This document shows positions 4,526 to 8,024 of a stretch of DNA of 8,024 nucleotides, one piece after another (within the stretch, counting starts at the first letter, position 1; the number at the start of each line of letters is the position of its first letter). Origin of the DNA: an uncultured archaeon (GTDB taxonomy: Archaea > Iainarchaeota > Iainarchaeia > Iainarchaeales > 0-14-0-20-30-16). A model generated the notes under the pieces. That model was not told the DNA's origin, did not search any database, and saw only the letters and a list, made by a program, of their open reading frames with translations. Where the stretch lies: assembly GCA_964565125.1 (NCBI GenBank), contig CAZMCX010000033.1:1-8024 (forward strand), written 5' to 3'. A program made the position numbers and the translations under genes.

Positions 4526-5824
4526 ATGGAATTAGAACAATTAAAAGGGATTAAAGAGTATTTGCCAGAAGAACAAGAAATCAGAGAGTATATTCTGGAT
4601 GTATTGAAAAAGAATTTCAAGAAATACGGCTTTAGACCTATTGAGACAAGCATATTGGAAGCTTATGAAATTGCAGCAAGCAAATATGCTGGCGGCGAAG
4701 AAATATTAAAAGAAACTTATCAGCTAACAGATCAAGGCAAAAGAAAATTGTGCTTAAGGTATGAACTGACATTCAAAATGGCAAAACTAATTGCTGAAAA
4801 CCCAACTCTAAGACTGCCTCTAAAGAGATATGAAATAGGAAAGGTATTTAGAGACGGACCAGTAAAAAGTGGAAGATTAAGAGAATTTACTCAATGTGAT
4901 GTTGATGTTGCAGGAATAAAGAGTCCTGCACAAGATGCAGAAATAATTGCGTTGATTTTTGATGTTTTTAAAGACCTTCAATTACCTGTTTATGTTGTAA
5001 TTAATAATAGAAAACTTTTATTTGGCTTATTTGAAACCTGCAATGTAAAAGAAAAAGATTTTATTAATGTTGCTTTATCTTTAGATAAATTAGAAAAAAC
5101 CTGCCAGAAAGATGTTGAAAAAGAATTAAGAGAAAAAGGAATTAAAGAGCAAAGTATTGATGCCTTGTTTGATTTATTAGCAGGACAAAAAGATATTAAA
5201 GATAATTTTAAGAAACTAGAATTTTTAAAAAGCAAATGTGGAAATAATTTATTTGATGAAGGCTACAACGAATTATTACTAATTTTTGATTGTCTAAAAC
5301 TACAAAATATAAAAGATGTTTATTTTACACCAACATTGTCAAGAGGTTTAAGTTATTATACTGGCCCAATGTGGGAAGTATATTTAGAAAATAGTAAAAT
5401 AACTTCTAGTGTTGGTGGTGGTGGTCGTTGGGACAAAATAATACAGGGTTTTTTGCAAAGCGATAGAGAATATCCTGCAACAGGAATGTCATTTGGATTA
5501 GATATAATATATAATGCATTATTAGAAAACAAAACCAAACTGACGGGGTTTGAAAGAACTCCAAAAGTATTGATAATTCCATTAGATAAATTAGAGCCTT
5601 GCATTGAGTTAGCAACAGAATTGCGCAAAAATAACATCAGTTCAAGTATTGCATTTGAAGATAAATTAAGCAAAGCATTAGATTATGCAAACAAAGAAAA
5701 AATCCCTTTTGTAATTGTTGTTGGCAAAAAAGAAATTGAATCAGAAGTATTTGGTTTAAAAGATATGCAAAGTGGAAAAACAAATAACCTGACAACAAAA
5801 GAAATTATAAAAGAATTAAAATAA
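4526..5824 (+). CDS. hisS: Histidine--tRNA ligase (class IIa, archaeal/eukaryote-like type), 432 aa.
   Basis: Motifs present: KGIKEYLPEE, LRYELTFKMAKLIA, YEIGKVFRDGPVKSGRLREFTQCDVDVAG (motif 2), SVGGGGRWDKII, TGMSFGLDIIY (motif 3), and a C-terminal anticodon-binding domain (VLIIPL...IPFVIVVGKKEIE). I prefer the ATG at 4526 (MELEQLKG...) to the TTG at 4493. The stop is TAA. Confidence 0.92.
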   Translation: MELEQLKGIKEYLPEEQEIREYILDVLKKNFKKYGFRPIETSILEAYEIAASKYAGGEEILKETYQLTDQGKRKLCLRYELTFKMAKLIAENPTLRLPLKRYEIGKVFRDGPVKSGRLREFTQCDVDVAGIKSPAQDAEIIALIFDVFKDLQLPVYVVINNRKLLFGLFETCNVKEKDFINVALSLDKLEKTCQKDVEKELREKGIKEQSIDALFDLLAGQKDIKDNFKKLEFLKSKCGNNLFDEGYNELLLIFDCLKLQNIKDVYFTPTLSRGLSYYTGPMWEVYLENSKITSSVGGGGRWDKIIQGFLQSDREYPATGMSFGLDIIYNALLENKTKLTGFERTPKVLIIPLDKLEPCIELATELRKNNISSSIAFEDKLSKALDYANKEKIPFVIVVGKKEIESEVFGLKDMQSGKTNNLTTKEIIKELK

Positions 5825-5836
5825 TTTTATTTTTTT
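5825..5836 (+). terminator. Oligo-T tract (TTTTATTTTTTT) immediately after the hisS stop; a candidate archaeal-style intrinsic termination signal.
   Basis: Read directly. The tract lies within the last codons of the convergent DJ-1 gene because the two stop codons are only 2 nt apart. There is no hairpin. Confidence 0.3.
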
Positions 5837-6360
5837 CCTAAAAATTTGATGATTTCTTTTGCAAACTTTTCAGCACTTGGTGGCCCATTTGCTGTAATTA
5901 AATTTCCATCAACAACTAATTCTTTATCAACAAAGTCTGCACCATACTGCTCAAGAACTTCCTTTGTGCTTTTTTGATACTCATTATCGGAGCCTACCCA
6001 AACTGTTGCTTTTTTGTTTTTGAGGATGCCTGCTTTTGCTAAAATAGTTGGTGCCCAACATATTGCACAAGTCAACTTGCCCAATTTGTAGGATTGCTCT
6101 GCAATTCTTATTGCATCTCTTTTTGCTCTTACACTAGGAGTGCCTGCACCACCAATAAATATTACACAATCATAATCTTGAGGGCTAATCTCTTCCAATA
6201 TTTTTGATACTTTAAATTCAGCACCAAAAGATCCTTTTGCAATTCCTTTCTGTGTGCTTGCAACATCACACTCTATATTGTTTTGCTCTAGAATCTCTTT
6301 TGTTTTAAGAAACTCCACATCTTGAAAATCTCTAAATGCAATTATAAATAATACTCTCAT
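5827..6360 (-). CDS. DJ-1/PfpI family protein, 177 aa.
   Basis: MRVLFIIAFRDFQDVEF..., DCVIFIGGAG, and the nucleophile elbow CAICWAPTILAKAGILKNKKATVW, then VVDGNLITANGP. The start at 6360 is preferred because AGGTGA (6370-6365) sits 4 nt upstream. The track start at 6381 would overlap the preceding gene. Confidence 0.85.
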   Translation of the reverse strand: MRVLFIIAFRDFQDVEFLKTKEILEQNNIECDVASTQKGIAKGSFGAEFKVSKILEEISPQDYDCVIFIGGAGTPSVRAKRDAIRIAEQSYKLGKLTCAICWAPTILAKAGILKNKKATVWVGSDNEYQKSTKEVLEQYGADFVDKELVVDGNLITANGPPSAEKFAKEIIKFLGKK

Positions 6361-6364
6361 AACA

Positions 6365-7903
6365 TCACCTAGGAATAACAATTAAACCATCTTTTACTTT
6401 ATCATAAAAAGTATTTGGGTCTGTATCAACAAAAATTACACTGTTAAATTTTACACGTAAAGTGTTAGCAAGGAAATTAGCAACATTAGTATCAGAACTT
6501 ATCAAAAAAGGATAACCAAAATGTACATCAACACCTATTGCTGCGAAAAAGAAGCCAATAGCTACTGCTTTTTCAGAAATTGGCATTGGACAAGAAATCA
6601 AAAAAGGCAATTCAGTTATTTGTTTATTTAGTTTCTGTGCCAACCTTTTGAACACTTCCGCAATTCTTGCATTATTCACACATGAACCCATATGATAAAA
6701 TCTTTTTCCATCTAACAAACTATTTTTGCCAAATTCAAAAGCCATGCAACCCGAGCACAGAATTAAATAATCTTTACTTAGTTTCTCAAAAGTCTTTACC
6801 CAGTTTTGATTTGCTCTTGGATTAACACAACCAACAACACCAATAATGCCTTTTATCTCTTTTTTGCTTAATTTTCTTGCAATATCATCAATATTGATGT
6901 TATCTTCTGTAAAGCCAACAGTTACCTCTTTAATTTGAGGATGTTTCTGTTTGAATAATTGCTCTGCATTCTTCCTTCTGTATAGTTTATTTCCTATTGC
7001 CATTTTAATTACTGTTTGTGCAATTCTTTTTGCATCATCTTCGTTTCTAACAGGCATGTGTAAGGCATTTTCAATTCTTGCAATTTCACTTGTTGTAACT
7101 ATTTTTGTGTGATAGCACTCACACAGATCTTTCAAAGAAGGCATTATACATTGAGTATCTACCACTAAAATATCAACAATACCAGAAGCAACAACATCTT
7201 CTTGCAACATAAAGTGTGCAGCCAAAGGAACTCCCTGCCTTGCTAACAAAGATGCACCAGTACAACAAACCCCAACTAGATTTACTTCTGGGTAATTTTT
7301 TGCTTCTTTTACAATAGCTTGGGCAAACATTGGCTCGTGGCCGTGAATTGCAATATTCACTTTATCAGGATTCAGTACCCCTAAATTTAATTTCCCTTTC
7401 TTTATTTCTGGTTTGCCATAATGTTTATCTTCTAATTCTGTTGCAAAATACAAGCCATAATAACCATCAATAATTCCTAATTTCATACACCATTTCAAAA
7501 CATCAGTATAATCTGAATTTGTTCCCATTGTTGAAGTGTGCAAGGCCTCAGAAATATCTTTAAAATGCTCCATTTTAACTTTGGGTAATATGTTCAAATC
7601 ATCCCAAAGTTTGTACAAATAATCAGGGCTTTTTTCCTTAATATAATTGTCAGTGAATGTCTCTCCAAAATGATTTAATAAGTGATATGTGTGACCACAA
7701 TGTGCACTAGCACCACCAGCAGTAAATCTTAAAATATTTCTTGCAACAATTAGATCTTGAGATGCGCCACAAACCCCTTTTTGCTCACTAGTCATTACTC
7801 TACAAGGACCCATTAAACAGATCTTACAACAAAAACCTTTTTCACCAATTGGACAAGGCAAAAGTTTCAATCTTTCTGATATTGGTACAAAATCGTTAGG
7901 CAT
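6365..7903 (-). CDS. cooS: CooS-type anaerobic Ni-Fe-S carbon monoxide dehydrogenase catalytic-subunit homolog; a compact 512-aa form.
   Basis: The N-terminal cysteine array is CPIGEKGFCCKICLMGPCRV...GVCGA. It is followed by SAH, AIHGHEP, GVCCTG, VDTQCIMP, VVGCVNP, LCSGCMA, HMGSCVNN and ISEKAVAIG, which I recognise as the D/B/C-cluster ligand and acid-base motifs of CooS. This is not the HCP-type N-terminus. The stop TGA (6367-6365) overlaps the SD of the next gene. Confidence 0.8.
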   Translation of the reverse strand: MPNDFVPISERLKLLPCPIGEKGFCCKICLMGPCRVMTSEQKGVCGASQDLIVARNILRFTAGGASAHCGHTYHLLNHFGETFTDNYIKEKSPDYLYKLWDDLNILPKVKMEHFKDISEALHTSTMGTNSDYTDVLKWCMKLGIIDGYYGLYFATELEDKHYGKPEIKKGKLNLGVLNPDKVNIAIHGHEPMFAQAIVKEAKNYPEVNLVGVCCTGASLLARQGVPLAAHFMLQEDVVASGIVDILVVDTQCIMPSLKDLCECYHTKIVTTSEIARIENALHMPVRNEDDAKRIAQTVIKMAIGNKLYRRKNAEQLFKQKHPQIKEVTVGFTEDNINIDDIARKLSKKEIKGIIGVVGCVNPRANQNWVKTFEKLSKDYLILCSGCMAFEFGKNSLLDGKRFYHMGSCVNNARIAEVFKRLAQKLNKQITELPFLISCPMPISEKAVAIGFFFAAIGVDVHFGYPFLISSDTNVANFLANTLRVKFNSVIFVDTDPNTFYDKVKDGLIVIPR

Positions 7904-7921
7904 AATAGAAATAAGAATACT

Positions 7922-7931
7922 TATATATAAA
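7922..7931 (-). promoter_or_regulatory. Candidate archaeal TATA box (TTTATATATA on the minus strand) for the cooS-DJ-1 operon.
   Basis: The minus strand reads aaaTTTATATATAagtattcttatttctattATG, with 18 nt between the box and the ATG at 7903. The 8-mer centre is about 24 nt upstream. There is no SD motif, which suggests a leaderless mRNA. Confidence 0.4.
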
Positions 7932-7932
7932 T

Positions 7933-8024
7933 TTATTTCATACCATAAGTAACTTTATGTTTCAAAAAACCAGTTTTCGTTTTGTACTTCAAAGTATTTA
8001 AAAATTTTTCAATACCTTTGTCAG
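7933..8024 (-). CDS. Possible 3' end of an upstream gene (29 codons plus stop, truncated by the window end).
   Basis: The minus frame starting at 8022 reads DKGIEKFLNTLKYKTKTGFLKHKVTYGMK* with TAA at 7935-7933. Only 30 open codons are visible, so the support is weak and no family can be assigned. Confidence 0.25.
   Translation of the reverse strand, partial: DKGIEKFLNTLKYKTKTGFLKHKVTYGMK

Noticed and set aside
4372-4653. 94-codon N-terminal extension of the rpiB track ORF (3943..4653).
   Set aside because: RpiB family proteins start at the MxIxIxSDHxG motif found at 4371. The extension is low-complexity, crosses the divergent promoter region and overlaps the hisS start.
4990-5673. Minus-strand ORFs 4990..5235, 5356..5673 and 5406..5615.
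   Set aside because: All are antisense to hisS and mutually overlapping, with low-complexity translations.
6361-6381. Upstream start of the DJ-1 gene at 6381, which overlaps cooS by 17 nt.
   Set aside because: The internal ATG at 6360 has a perfect AGGTGA SD 4 nt upstream and gives the family-typical MRVLFI... beta-strand start.
6365-7903. Annotating the 512-aa protein as a hybrid-cluster protein or hydroxylamine reductase because of its short length.
   Set aside because: The N-terminal C-x7-CC-x2-C-x4-C array and the HGH / CCTG / QC / GC.N / GSC motifs are the CooS pattern, not the HCP N-terminal cysteine motif.

Overview
This is a visibly AT-rich, very tightly packed prokaryotic window, with gaps of 0-6 nt at several gene junctions. 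The signals look archaeal to me. TTTATATA/TTTATTAA boxes are centred about 24 nt upstream of two start codons, internal genes carry GGTGA/GTGAT Shine-Dalgarno motifs, HisRS has eukaryote/archaeal-type motifs, and the FKBP is SlyD-type with an IF insert. A small-genome (DPANN-like) archaeon is my inference only, and a CPR-type bacterium is not excluded.

Gene order:
- (-) 1..1068: a long coiled-coil/helical-repeat ORF that is missing from the supplied ORF track because it runs off the window edge.
- (-) a DUF1016/YhcG N-terminal-domain-only ORF.
- (-) a membrane-anchored FKBP-type PPIase.
- (-) a frameshifted Ogt/MGMT-like pseudogene hidden in a 470-nt 'intergenic' gap.
- (+) an unrecognised 160-aa ORF whose TAA stop is followed by 36 further open in-frame codons.
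- (-) an unlisted 47-aa two-helix membrane ORF, then rpe and rpiB.
- (+) hisS.
- (-) a DJ-1 family gene coupled to a compact CooS-type Ni-CO dehydrogenase homolog.
- (-) a possible 3' tail of another gene.

I saw no tRNA, rRNA, CRISPR array or transposase. I could not identify a clear multi-gene novel system. The items most worth follow-up are the orphan minimal cooS-DJ-1 pair, the cluster of decayed genes at 1109-3148, and the edge-truncated repeat protein.
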